64,000 bases of DNA from positions 164,238,001 through 164,302,000 of the forward strand of contig OZ024743.1 of the NCBI GenBank assembly GCA_964016885.1. The letters are read 5' to 3'. Both the position numbers and the translations under genes were made by a program. Below the pieces are notes generated by a model. It was not told where the DNA came from. It did no database searches and saw nothing but the letters and a program-made list of their open reading frames with translations. This document shows, one piece after another, positions 13,520 to 26,439 of this stretch. Within the stretch, counting starts at the first letter, position 1. Each line of letters begins with the position of its first letter. The stretch comes from Eledone cirrhosa (Eukaryota).

Positions 13520-14450
13520 GTTGAATGGTACTAAATCGAAACCACTCAATGTGAGACACAGACTCCACCAAGGTTGCGTACTGTCATCTCTCCTGTTCAT
13601 TATCCATAAGAACAGGATTGACATACGTAGCCGGGTTGGAAACGGTATCATGAGTGGCAAGTGTAAAATCAGATGGCTGGAATTTGCAGACAACATGATG
13701 TTACTTAACTCAATAGAAGGTGATCTCCAACTTGCACTTGATAAGTTTGATGACAAGTGCTGCATGGCTGGAATGAAAATCAGTGCTGCAAAAACTAACA
13801 CACTCATCCTCTCAAGGAAGCCTGCACAGTGCACTCTACGTGTGACTGGAGCTCCACTCAAGCAAATAGAGAAGTTCAAGTATCTCGGAGCTGTGTTCAC
13901 GAGTGATGGAAGGCAGGATGCTAAATTAAGTGCAAGAATTGCAGGAGCTGGTAATGCACCAGCTCCTGCATTCAGTAATCAGAAAAAAGGAGGTAGGCGT
14001 AAAAGCCAAACTTGCTATCTTCAATTCAGCGTTCATGCCAAACCTTACCTATGATCATGAATCTTGGGTAATGACCGAACGAATACAATTGCGAATAAAA
14101 GCGGCCAAAATGGGTTTCCTCCGAAGGATCTTTGGAGTAGCGTTACTCAATAGAGTGCATAGCTCAAAGAGTCACTCCAAGTAGAACCACTACTTCTGTG
14201 AATTGAGAGATCACAGCTCCACTACTATAGGCATGTGAATAGAATGCCTCAGGAAAGAATCGCTGGACAGAGTTTATGGCCAAAACCAACCAGCAGAAGA
14301 CCCAGGGGTAGATCCCAAGCAAGATGGTTGGATAACATCCATGAGCTTGGCTGGTCTCACTTGGGGATCCAGCCGGGTCAGTTGGAGATGGTTGTTTCTC
14401 ACAGGACCCACTAGCGGGCGTGCTTGAGGACTCTGCCCTCACAAACCTCA
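13520..14450 (+). mobile_element. Rex3/Expander-like RTE LINE fragment
   Basis: QGCVLSSLLF, FADNMM, FKYLGAVF, LTYDHESWVMTER; related pieces at 22735-22915(+), 44190-44650(-), 47435-47990(-), 62680-63125(-). Confidence 0.85.
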
Positions 14451-14490
14451 GGATTAAGTTTCACACTTTTTATTAGAAAGAGGAAAGAAA

Positions 14491-14524
14491 TTTCGACGTG
14501 TCGGGCTTAAGCCCTTCTTCAAAG
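14491..14524 (-). ncRNA. Mutated minimal hammerhead
   Basis: Minus strand TTGAAGA-A-GGGC-TTAA-GCCC-GACA-CGTC; two core substitutions. Confidence 0.5.
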
Positions 14525-14826
14525 TGCCCAGCTCACTCTGTAAAGTGGTCATGTAGGTAACACAATAAAAAGCGCCCGGCCCACACCATAAAGTGGTCAC
14601 GTAGGTGTCACGACAAAGGGCACCCAGTACACATTGTAATTGTGGTTGGTGTTAGGAAGGGTAACCAGCCGTAGAAACCAAGCCAAAATCACTCCTGTAT
14701 GAGTGAAACATGGTCACCTGATCTTGCTTGTTTCACAAAGGGACAACTCATCTAACCCATGCTGACATGGAAAAATAGACGTTAAACGGTGATGATGATA
14801 TAAATAAATATGTATATATATATATA

Positions 14827-15143
14827 TGCATGGCTTAGTGGTTAGAGCATTGGCCTTGCAATCGACTGGGTGATGTGTTGTTTCCTTGAGGAAGACACTT
14901 TATTTCACATTGCTCCAGTTTACTCAGCTGTAGAAATGAGATGATAGGGACTGGGATCCCTATCATTCCACTGCAAAGTGATCGTGGAGGTGCCACGGCA
15001 AAAAAGCACCCAGCACTCACTGTAAATGAGGTTGGTGTTAGGAAGGGCATCCAGCTGTAGAAATCAAGCCAGAATCAGTTCCCGTCCCACCCTTGCAAGC
15101 AGGGAAAAAGCGGACGTAAAATGAAATGATGAATGATGATGAT
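14827..15143 (+). mobile_element. tRNA-derived SINE with RTE-derived tail (internally deleted)
   Basis: Same sequence as 32149-32493. Confidence 0.85.
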
Positions 15144-15241
15144 ATTGTTATACTTTGGGTCATGCTGCCAATAAAAACACGCACATCTGTTGGTTTTCAC
15201 TTCAATTTATTATAAGTTTCCGGTTGGTTGGTTGGTTCGAT

Positions 15242-15448
15242 AACCGAAAGGTTGTTTATATATTATCAAAGCTCTTTCGTCACACATTCTGTGACCTCCT
15301 CAGTGACTAGGTTTTTATTTTGTGTCTCTCCTTTGTTCTGTCCTACACAAAAACAAGATGGTGTAGGACAGAACAAAGGAGACATAAACTAAAAACCTAG
15401 TCACAGAATGTGTGACGAGCTTTGACAATATATAAACAATCTTTGGTT
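15242..15448. repeat. Fold-back inverted repeat, ~90-105 bp arms
   Basis: ...CCTTTGTTCTGTCCTACAC / GTGTAGGACAGAACAAAGG... around a ~12-nt loop. Confidence 0.85.
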
Positions 15449-16389
15449 TCTATGGCTGGATGCCCTTACTAATGCAATCTCCTCTCCAGCATACTGCATC
15501 TGATCCCTCTTATGCCCAGTTTCTCTCTCAGTTCATTTACACTTTGCCTTTAATGTATATTACTATTATACATCCATAGAAGCAAGGAAGCTTCATTTCT
15601 TTCCAATCTTTGCAGGTCCTCAGCACACAATGCCCAGGTCTCACTACCATGCAGCATTGCTGTTCATATACTTGCATCATACAGTCTGCTTTTTATTTTG
15701 AGGGGAAAATCTTACTCTAGCTATTGTGCTTTTGGAACACCCTCCTCCACTGCTAATTTAGTCACCCAGGTAACAGACTACTACAGAGCTCTTTGGCAGC
15801 TAGTATCCTGTTGGCTCAACTTACATATACTGTCTTATAAAGAGCCCAGGTCTATCCTTTGAGCTCATTAAATTATAGGGGATTAATGTGAGGCTTTAAG
15901 TCCGTTTTTTTAATTTGATATATATAAATTTAAATAATTTTAAAAGCCATGCAATGCATTGTATGGCTTTTAAAATTATTTAAATCTATATTTCCTATTC
16001 AACAATGCTTGAAGCAAACTACAACACTGATATATATATATATAGGTCCAATTCTTGCTAGCGAGGCAAATGGACTGAAAATGATGATATTTAAGGTGGA
16101 CTGGAGTGGCCTGATTGGATGCTGTGTGATTAGTATTTAAACTGACTAATCATATCACTAATAAGACCATAAGGCAATTATATAGAAACTCTGATATAAT
16201 GAGAGCAAACAAACATTTAATTTTATCCGGATAATAAACAGGGGTCCCTATTCAGAAATATATATGGTGGATCGGCTGGAAAAACGATCGTGTTCACCCA
16301 TGACTGAGTCTAGCTTAGAGCTCTGTAAATTGTATGCTTTTACACTTTGCGTTTTGTAAACCTTTTTACAATTTGTTGGACACCAGGTC

Positions 16390-17770
16390 CGAACACAGAA
16401 GAACCGAACTCCCACTGTCATCGCCTCCGTCTCTCTCGCCCTCCCCATCTCTCTCTATTATGAGCAAATGGGGTCCCACGTGCTGGCTGCCCCAGAATGA
16501 AGAAGGAATTTCCCCAGAGGATGGTAAGGAAGAAGCGCTGGAAGAGCCATTCCATCTCGTGGGGCTCGTACCTGTGGCTCGCCAGCTCGGCGCCTATCAT
16601 GGTAAGTAGGAAGATAGACCTAGGGCCAAGAACACCAGATGTCTCCACTGTTAGGGGCTCGACTGCAAACCTGTTGGAGAACAACCAATACTTGGAGAGT
16701 TTACTCTCCTCAGCCCAAACTGCAGCAAAACCTGGGTTAATTGCTGACTGGACCAGGTTGCCGGTGGAGAATATGTTGCTGCAAGTGGCATCCCAGACGA
16801 GGGGTTTACCACTGTGGAACGTGAAGATGGTCATGCCGTCTGGCCTTTTGCTGTCCCCCCCAGTCCAGCCCCACTGGCTCGAGCTGGGTGAGGAAGCTTG
16901 CAGCATCCAAGCCATGCTTTATGACATCATTGAGAGCAGCATTGCATGGAAGACGGCCAGCACTGTAGCGACAGGAAAGTGGATGGAGACCAAAAGAGTC
17001 CACGGTGGATCCGCAACAATATTTGTGTGGCTCGCAGATATGGAGGCCAAGCCTCAGAGAAACACCGATGTGCAGGCTATCATAGTCCAACTGCGTGCCA
17101 GTAGAGAAGGAGGGTGAGGCATGGAGCCAGGCACAAATGTGGGGTTGCAAGGTTACGCGAAAACATGCATGCGGTGCTGGTTGAGCTGGCACACTAGCCT
17201 GTCTGAAGCCAGGTTGTACTGGATGGCATCCAAAATACTCTGGAGGGACTTGACATCAACAAGGGAAGAATAAGAAGGGACGTCTACTTGGCTAAGTCCA
17301 AGCCGGTTCCACGTCTCACATTCTTCAATCACAGTGGGGTCCATTGCGTTTAGGAGAGCCTTGATGAGGATGCAGCATGAGGTTACCAATGAAAGAAACG
17401 CCAGTGAGATTGGGGACCGGAGGCCAAGGCCACCCTATCTAACAGGTAAAGTGGCCTGTTGCCATCAAAGGTAGCCAAACTTGACATTGCATTTCTCCTC
17501 AGCTGCCGCTCAGATACAAGTGTCGAGGTCAGCAAGGAGAGATGCGTGGCTGTAGCACAGAGCGCTACGAAGAGTATAGAGGAGCTTCAGCATGGCGAAG
17601 CAGTTCCTCAACAGGAAGAGGGCTGGGTGGACATCAATCATGCCAGTCTGCTTGTGAAGGTCTTGAGCTGTTAGAGCCTGGAGCGGGTGGATCAGTGACT
17701 CAAGGATGAGAACATTCTCTTTAGGGGTCACCTGTACCTGGAGGAGAATAGATTGCATGTCCAAATTGGA
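16390..17770 (-). mobile_element. CRE-clade non-LTR retrotransposon relic
   Basis: HPLSCR...ALNDVIK...LEP and KRPDGMT...GKPLVWDATC motifs in ORFs 16806..17192 and 16418..16915. Confidence 0.8.
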
Positions 17771-18179
17771 GGCTGCAAAGCTCTATGAATTAATATCATC
17801 CTACACCTTGTTCTTAAAAACACCCCATGGTGGTAACATTGGTAGTAGTGGTGGTGGCAGCTGTGTTGTTGGTGGTAGTGGTGCTCTTTATTGAAGACAT
17901 TGCTCAAAACAAAGAAGAATAAAATGTTTTGACTAATGATACAATGAAATACCAGCCACTTTGTTTATAAATTTGTGATTCTTTGTGACATAGTTGCCCA
18001 TTGTTGCGATGGTTATTACTGACAGAGCAATTGCAAACCAAATGTGAATAGATGCATAAACAATTCCAGCTGGTTTCAGTCATATTGCTATAAAATTTGT
18101 TGTTACTTTCTTAGTTGAGAAGGCTTGTTGCTTTGTGGTTAGAAAGTTGGGTCCTTAATTATAATGTCGGAGCCTCTCT

Positions 18180-18990
18180 CTGCAGAAGGGGAAAGTAGTG
18201 GGATCAGTGGTATTTACAGTAGCCAACCAAAATATCTGAACAGTGGATGAGGAATCAGTCAAAAGTCTTGGAAGATGGTATGTCGACACTCTGAAAGTTA
18301 CGAAAAGGGAAGCCGAAACCAAGCTCATGGCAGAAAATGTCTGCAAATCATGAATCAATGTGGCCTTTCTGGCAAATATAAGGTGTGGTGTTTGATCCCA
18401 AAGCTTCTCTGGCCTCTATTGATATACGATATTAGCTCTAGTACAGTGGAGGACAAAATCAACAAATACACAAGGAAGTGACTTGGTGTCCCACCAGGTC
18501 TCACTGATGTAGCACTCTACAGTCGCCAGACCAAACTATGCTACCCCTCAAATCCATCGTTAAGGAGTTCAAAGTCGGAAAAGCAAGGCTCTTGACCATG
18601 CTTCAGAACTTGGAAGACAAGGTTGTAAGGTCAATCTGGCCCAAGCTTAAGACAGGCAGATGGAAAGTCCAGGAGACAGTACATGCAGCAAAAGAAATCC
18701 TTAAGGTCAGAGATATAATGGAGCACACTCAGGCTAATAGGTGTAACAAAAATGGAACAGTGGTCAGAGGCCAGGGGAAAGATGGGGAGAGATCTGATTT
18801 TAACAGGAGTTAAAGAAGGAAGAGGATTCTAGAAGACTCTGGAAGGCAGTTCAGCAGAACCAATAGGACCAGTGGATGACATGGGAAGGTATACTCCAGA
18901 AGTATCTCAGTTGGAATGACATGTGGCATATGGCACCCCTCAGAATCAGTTTTCTCCTCAGATCTGTCTATGATCTCCTTCCCTTAATGC
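18180..18990 (+). mobile_element. Hero-like non-LTR relic
   Basis: GLSGKYKVWC, PKLLWPLLIYDI, LPLKSIVKEFKVGKARL, LKTGRW; frameshifted. Confidence 0.65.
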
Positions 18991-20879
18991 AGTAAGGAGT
19001 TCCAGCTGGATCTGCTCAAAGGGGAACAAAAACAACCTCCAGACCACGTGAAAGGCATCGTGTTTTTATTTTAACACATAAGGGAAGTAACTCTGAGTCA
19101 CTCATTGTTTGTAGTGTTGGCAACAGTATGTTGACGTCTCATCATTGACTGCCAACATTATTTTCCAATTCAAGTTAGTGTTTAAATATAAGTTTGAAAG
19201 TAGAGGCAACAGAAAGAAGTTCCTGTTAGATCCTGTCAACCAAAGCTTCATACGGTTTAAATACACAAGTCTTCAATTTCCAAATGACTAAATGTCAGCA
19301 GAAGGGCACCCAGGAGTCATGACCTAGATGTGATCCAGCCCCCTTAGTGTGTAAGAAGTTAAGGGGCGAAAAACTTGCTTGAGGGGGTTTTCTTCTTTGA
19401 AGACCTGCTGTACAGTTCTCCTGAGAGTTTCTTACCACTAATGTCATAAGTAAAATCCTCAGTGTATCCTTGAACAAGACACTTTATTTCATGTTGTTCC
19501 AGTACACTTAGCTGGTAAAAACAAGTTACAATGACCGGTGCCAAGCTGTATCAGCTTATGCCTTTTCCTTTTCCTTTGAATACCATTATATATATAGTGT
19601 GTATGACAACACTGGGAGTGGGAGCTCATATTTTAGTGGGGAAATTTTATTCTATTTTGTCAGTTTACCAAATAGAAAAGTTAATAAAAGGATATATGAA
19701 AATTCTGCAGTAGACAAGTAATGTGCCATTCCAGATAGCATTTGCCCCTCATCACATAAACGAGACCAAAATAATTATTTAACTGGCCCTACAAGTCTTT
19801 TAAAGTTTATAGAAAAGGACACTTCATTGTTTAAAATTTAAACTATGAAGTGTCCTTTGCTTGAATGTTAGATATAAACACTAACCTCTATATATCATCA
19901 TCATCATCGTTAAATTGGTTTTCATACTATGAGACCAGACGGATCAAATGACACTGTCTTGCTCTTACAGTTCGATCTTGATTTGGTTTTCTACAAATAC
20001 CCATCCTAATGCCAACGCCCTTACAGGGTGCATTTTTGACATGGCAATATGAGGTGGGGCATGCCTGGCTTTCTGTGTTGGCATAGTGGGGAGGTGCATC
20101 TGTCTTTGTGTGTTGGTAAGGGTTGAGCTGGGACAGTAGAAGGTAGTTGTACCATGCTGAAAAAAGTTGCTTGAGCAAGGTGGAGATGGAAGTGAGGGTG
20201 GGAATTGAATGTGGAAGGGGTGGAGCCTGTCTATCTTTGTGTGATGATATAGGTTGACCTGGGTTAGGAGGGAGTGTCTTTCTATCCTGGAAAGTGTTAG
20301 ATGTGCTAAGTGGTGGTGGAGGGGAAAATCTAAGATGCGGAAAGATGTACAAGGGAGATTGATATTTTAGGTGGGAGCCTAATAACTGTCCCACTTTTAC
20401 ACCTCTTCACTACCATCCTCTTCCTGCTCATTTCATTTTGTATGCATGAGAAGTTGGGTCTTTTGTAGTACGGCATATCACCAGCCATCTCGACCCTGCA
20501 TTATCAGTTTTATAGGGTTTAATTACCTGTGGTCAGCTTTCACATCATCCCAAATTTTCGTAGGTTTTTCTCTTCTATAGCCTCCATTATGCACCACATC
20601 TCCTAACCATCACAGTCTTTTTTTCTGTACACTACATCTGACATCTCTTATGCCCAATTTCTCTCTCAATTCATTAATGCTTTGTCATTCACTTATTACA
20701 TGTCAATTGGAGCATGCATACTTCATTTTTTCCCAATCTTCAGAGGTCCTCTGCACACTAGGCCTGAGTCTCACTTCTATACAGCGTTGTTGTTTGCACA
20801 CAAGCATTATATCATCTGCTTTTCACCTTGAGGGAAAAACCTTTCGTAACCAGTAGTGGTAGAAGCTCCCTGAACCTTT

Positions 20880-21089
20880 ATTATAAGGGCTCGACGGAGA
20901 TCGATAGCCAGCACCTAACACCCCTTTAACAACAGAAAATTGAAAAATAAAAGCGGCAGTTAGTATCTTTAGACCGCAAGGAATATATAAATGCAAGTTT
21001 GAAGTCAATCGGTGTAGAAATATGGATTTGTATAGACTTTGCAAAAATGAGGGGACACACGCAGACAACATCAGTTTTATATATATAGA
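20880..21089 (-). mobile_element. Helitron 5' fragment
   Basis: Minus strand starts TCTATATATATAAAACTGA, as at 113. Confidence 0.6.
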
Positions 21090-21779
21090 TTGTTGCTGTA
21101 GTCATTGTCAGTTATATAAACAAAATGAAAATAATAAAGGATACAAATATTTAGTGTTTTTGGTTTCAGTGTTTTTATTAAATATTTTGTAATACTATTT
21201 ATCATTTCATTCCCCAAACCATTCACCGTATACCCCTCCCCCTATATCTGGCTGGTTTCACTGATTTTCACAACAGTGTATGATTGGGAAATAGAAGTAG
21301 GGAAGAGAAAAGAACAAACAAAAAAAGGAGTAGTAAAAGAAATTACAAAACAAACAATGAATACCCTTGAATTATATATATATTTGTATGTGTGTGTGTG
21401 TATATGTATATGTATGTATGTATGTATGCATGTTTCTCTCACTTTCTCTTTCTATATATATTTTTGTATGTATCTCTCTGTCTATATTAGGTGTATGTGT
21501 GTACTTTTTCTCTCCTCTTCTCCACTAGACCCACCCCTTTCCAATATAAATTGAGTCATAGCATGTAATCTGGGATATAAGCTATTGAAAAGGGTGGTGG
21601 GGTAGGAGGAAGCAGAGGTGGTTTTACTATGTATACACCGTGCACCTGTTGTGCATCATTTCAATAACATTTCCTGGGATGCAAGCAAAAATTTAGAGTA
21701 TATACAGAAATTGGAAGGCAATTCCTATTTAATTCTCTGCGATCAATAGTATATCCAAACGCTGCTATCTTATGATAGA

Positions 21780-22232
21780 TTTTGTAAGGAACTATCTATG
21801 TTTATTGTTATAGTAAGGTCTCTTTAAGTATATTATAGTAGGGTCTATCTATTGATGCTATGGTAGGGTTTATCTATTGATTTGATAGTAGGGTCTATCT
21901 ATTGATGTTATTATAAGGTATGTCTAAGGATATTATAGTAAGGTCTATATTTATGTTATAATAAGGCCTGTCTATGGATATTACAATAGGATCTGTCTAA
22001 TGATGATATAGTAAGGTCTATCTAAGGATGTTATAGTTAGGTCTGACTAAGTATATTATAGTAGGGTCTATCTATTTATGTTATAGTAGGGTCTATCTAT
22101 TGATGTTATAGTAAGGTCTGATGTTATAGTAGGGTCTATCTATTGATATTGTAGTAGGGTCTATCTATTGATGTTATAGTAGGGTCTATCTATTGATATT
22201 GTAGTAGGGTCTATCTATTGATGTTATAGTAG
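21780..22232. repeat. Minisatellite, 25 bp unit
   Basis: Tandem ATGTTATAGTAGGGTCTATCTATTG. Confidence 0.95.
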
Positions 22233-23223
22233 GTTCAGACGTAGTATATCGCTGTTTACACTATGCAACATACCCTTCCCTTTTTTTTAAGAAGGTGGGG
22301 TGTAATGAAAGAAATTTGACTGCTATCTCCAGCAGCCTAAGCAGCTTTATATAGCTTCCCTCATTGCTTTTGTTTCTATTAATGATTGAAGTGAGTTCTG
22401 TTTAAGCAAGATCAACTCAGGCTTAAACTATGATCAAAAGCACTCCAGCCATGACCATTCCTTCATCCCTTATTTTATTTTATGGCTTGGTGACTACATT
22501 ATCTGATGTGTCTTTTATCTGTTTTAACCCTTTCAAATAATTTCGAAAATATTCATGAATCTGGATTAATATAGTAATATAACTAACTTTCTCATTATTC
22601 AGTTGGTGTTTGGAATATAACTTAACAAAGGTTCTTCTATAGAAATTATGAGATTTTTAGATAAACAGCTTTGTATAATAGAACCAAGAGGTGTTTCAAG
22701 CAACTTGGTATTAACAAGATTTAGATTGCAGAGTTGCAGGAGACCCATGGATAGACCCCAACCAAGATGGTTGGATAATATCCATGAGCTTGGCAGGTCT
22801 CTCTTGGGGATCCAGCTGGATCAGTTGGAAACAGTTACTCATGATAGGACCCTCTGAAAGGAGTCTTTGAGGACTCTGCCCCCATGACCCCCTCAGGAAT
22901 AAGTGGGCGAAGAAGAAGAGTTGTGCATTTAAGGAAATTTGGCTGCCATTTCAAACAGCCCAACTGACCACTCAGAGTTATCCTCATTGCTGTTAATGTA
23001 CTATTTGAACAAGATCAAGACAGAATTATTCTCTGGTCAAAAGCACTCGAGACATATTTTCTGGCTTAGTAATTACCTTTTCAATGTTTAGAATTTTTAT
23101 AATTTTTTTAATAGATATTTCAGTTGTATTTTAAGGGAGATTTGGCTGCTATTTCTTACAGGTTGAATGACTATGGGTAAGTCAGTTTGTTGAAATATGT
23201 TCTCATCTTTTATCTGTTTACAG

Positions 23224-23343
23224 AGAAGCTGTAACCTTTGCTAAGGTGCGTCTCTCACCTGTTGACCCCGTGTTTGAAGACCTGTACAGTATGTGGGCCC
23301 AACAGTTGGCCAAGGAAGGCAATTATGAACAGGCAGCAAAATG
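23224..23343 (+). CDS. GEMIN5: GEMIN5 exon 2 of 7 (phase 2 to 2); absent from the ORF track
   Basis: ACAG/GTAAGC. EAVTFAKVRLSPVDPVFEDLYSMWAQQLAKEGNYEQAAKC matches recalled GEMIN5 [21 protein letters not shown]..W...LE.DGHY.VAAKC. Confidence 0.95.
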
Positions 23344-25160
23344 GTAAGCTCATATCTTTTAACCTTTTCATTACTATATTTCTAATTAAAGACTGCTTCA
23401 AAACATTTGGAAAATAATCAAGAATCTGAAGGGATTTCATAATATAAAGACTTCCTTATTGTTTATGTGGAGCATAACTTAACGAAGCTACTTATATTAA
23501 ATTATGATGGAAGGTTTTTTGATAAATCTAAATAGCTTTGTATCGTAGAACCAAGGGTGGTTTCAAGTAGTTTTGGTATCAAAAGGGTTAATCTATGTGT
23601 GGTTGTGGTAGGGAATTTAGTAATGTAAAGATTTCTTTATTCTTTATGTGGTGTTTAGAGCATAACCTAACAAAGTTATCATTATCATCATTTTAATGTT
23701 CGCTTTCCCTGCTAGCAAGAGTTGGAGTGGTCTACATAGACCAAGTCAGTACTGAAGCAGGATTACTGATCTCCCAGACAGGCCAGGGATCTGCATCTCA
23801 CTTAAGTATGGCCTCACATTTTACCGAGAGGTTGTCATGTCTTTGACAGAACTGAGGGCCCTTCCAAACCTTTGTTTGGCATACTTTCTATGGCTGGAAG
23901 CCCTTCCTATCACCAACCACTTTACAATGCGTATTGGGTGCATTTATTGCATAGATCACCAACACTAAAGTGCTTGACGTACCATGGCACAACTGAAGGG
24001 TCCCTCAACCATCCCCCACCACCACCACCACCATTTTTCCTCCCTCTCTCTCTCATGAAAATGAGAACACTCACTACTGGAAATGGGAGGTGAAGTGATG
24101 GAGAGAATAGCTAAGGAATGATAGGGGGCAGGGAGTAGCTACTAGGATGCAATAGTGAGGGTATCTAAGGGATGAATACAGGAAGAGGCATGTATGGAGG
24201 ATAGCTGCTAAGGGGTGGAGCATGGAGGGGGAATAAGAGAGTGGCTACTAGAGTATGATAGTGAGGGAGTCAAGAGAATTTTAAGGGGGCTGGGAGAGGG
24301 CATAGGGTGTGTAGTGATGTTTAAAATAGTTGTTAGTGCTAGTGGAAGGAGTATAACGGAGCAGTCCTTAGTCATTTCTGTAGAAAGGTTTGATTTGTTA
24401 TGGTCAGTCTTCACAACATCATTCCATGTCTTCCTGGGTCTGCTTCTTCCAAGGGTCCCAGCCATAGGGGTTTCTCTTCATTTTTTAATGCAGCATCCAT
24501 GTGCATACCAATAGTTTTATATTATAGAAACTGGGGTGGTTTCAGGCAGTTTTAGTATTTAAAGGTTAATCCTTTATCTGTGGCATATGTGTGTCTACCT
24601 CCATTTATCTACATGTGTGGCTTAGTTGTTAAAGTTTTCAACTCACAATAGTAAGATCCTGAGTTTGATTCCGAGTGACATGTTGCATTCTTGAAAAGGA
24701 AACTTTATTTCACATTTCTCCAGACTGCTCAGTTGGCAAAAATGGGTTGCATTTGTAATTTATGAGCCATCCTTGTCACACGTGGTGGCATGCTGAATCT
24801 TCTTGAGAATTATATTAACATTACTTATGTCTATGGAATGCTCAGTCACTTGCATGTTAATTTTATGAGCAGGCTCTACCATTGATCAAACAATTGAAAC
24901 ACTCACCATTGGAACTGATGGTTGTCCAACACACAGACACTGACGCATATATACATATGTGTCTACCTTTGTATTTGTATGCGTATGTGTGTGTATATAT
25001 AAGTAATATAGCTGAAATAGACATACATTCTGAAGGTGTAGCTTGTAGTATGTACACATACACACATATGTAGACATACAATCGTATGTATATGTATACA
25101 TATAAGTCCAAACACGCATTCAAACATGTAATGAAATATAAGTATGCACACATACATATA

Positions 25161-25195
<35 letters not shown>

Positions 25196-25224
25196 AGTGT
25201 AATTTTCTACACAAAACGAAGGTT

Positions 25225-25729
25225 ATAGAGAAAATTGAGGTTGGTAATGGCACATGGAATATATAAGAGACAGAATACTTTTTTGTGAAAAAACATAATT
25301 TTATAAGGTAAGGAAATAATAAAGGGTATAAAAAATGACCGGTTTCGATGGGTCTGCAAAAGCCATCTTTTCAAATGTTGATTAATATTAAGAAAAATTA
25401 ATAATACGAAGAGTTAAAATTTGAGACTTGAAAATTCAAGTATAAAATTCATTGTGGGATTTCATAGCAGTTTTCATCTAGGTAGCAACAACAGGTTGAC
25501 TGCTGTGTCCCTTTCTGGTAGTGAATGAGAAGTTATTTGGGGTGTGGGTTATTTTATAAAGGTCAGATTTAGCAATCGCCAGCTGCTGGTCAGTGAGGGG
25601 GTGGAAGCAATATACACACACATATATCTTCCTGTGATGGGTAGGAGAGTGGAGCGTGATAGAAAAGGATTTAGTGCACTTACACCTATATATACACACA
25701 TACCTTCATCCACACATACATACATATAC

Positions 25730-25766
<37 letters not shown>

Positions 25767-25768
25767 CA
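25225..25768 (-). repeat. Left arm of a ~540-bp inverted repeat (Penelope pLTR-like, degenerate hammerhead at 25336-25377)
   Basis: Reverse complement of 31546-32090; about one substitution seen outside the microsatellite. Confidence 0.95.
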
Positions 25769-25929
25769 CACATACATACACACACACATACATACACACA
25801 TACACACACACACACACATATATATATACACATACACACACACACATATATATATATATTGTGTGTGTGTGTGTGTATGTTTGTATGTGTGTATGTATAT
25901 ATATATGTGTGTGTGTATGTATGTGTGGG

Positions 25930-25993
<64 letters not shown>

Positions 25994-26135
25994 ATATATA
26001 TATATGTGTGTGTGTGTGTGTATGTGTGTATCTGGATGTATGTGTATGTATATATATATGTGTGTGTGTGTATGTGTATATATATATGTGTGTGTATGTG
26101 TGTATGTATATGTATGTGTGTGTGTATGTATGTGT
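25690..26135. repeat. Compound (TA)n/(CA)n/(TG)n microsatellite
   Basis: Directly visible. Confidence 0.95.
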
Positions 26136-26439
26136 CATCATCATCATCATCACCGTTTTACGTCCGTTCTTCCACGCTAGCATGGGTTAGACGGGTTGTC
26201 CTGTTGTGGGCAGTGTCTGGTCGGCTGACCATGCCTTGCTCATACAGGAACTGATCTGGCTTGATTTCTACAGCTGGATGCCCTTCCTAACACCAACCTC
26301 ATTTACAGTGAGTGCTGGGTGCTTTTTCGTGGCGCCTACACGTCCACTTTACAGTGTGGGCTGGGTGCTTTTTTGCCGTGGCACCTCCACGACCACCTTG
26401 CGGTGGGGGGGGGGGGGGGGGGCATATTGTTTATATGCT

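Noticed and set aside
24863-26254. Long ORFs rich in YI/VC/HT dipeptides
   Set aside because: Translations of (TA)n/(TG)n/(CA)n microsatellites.
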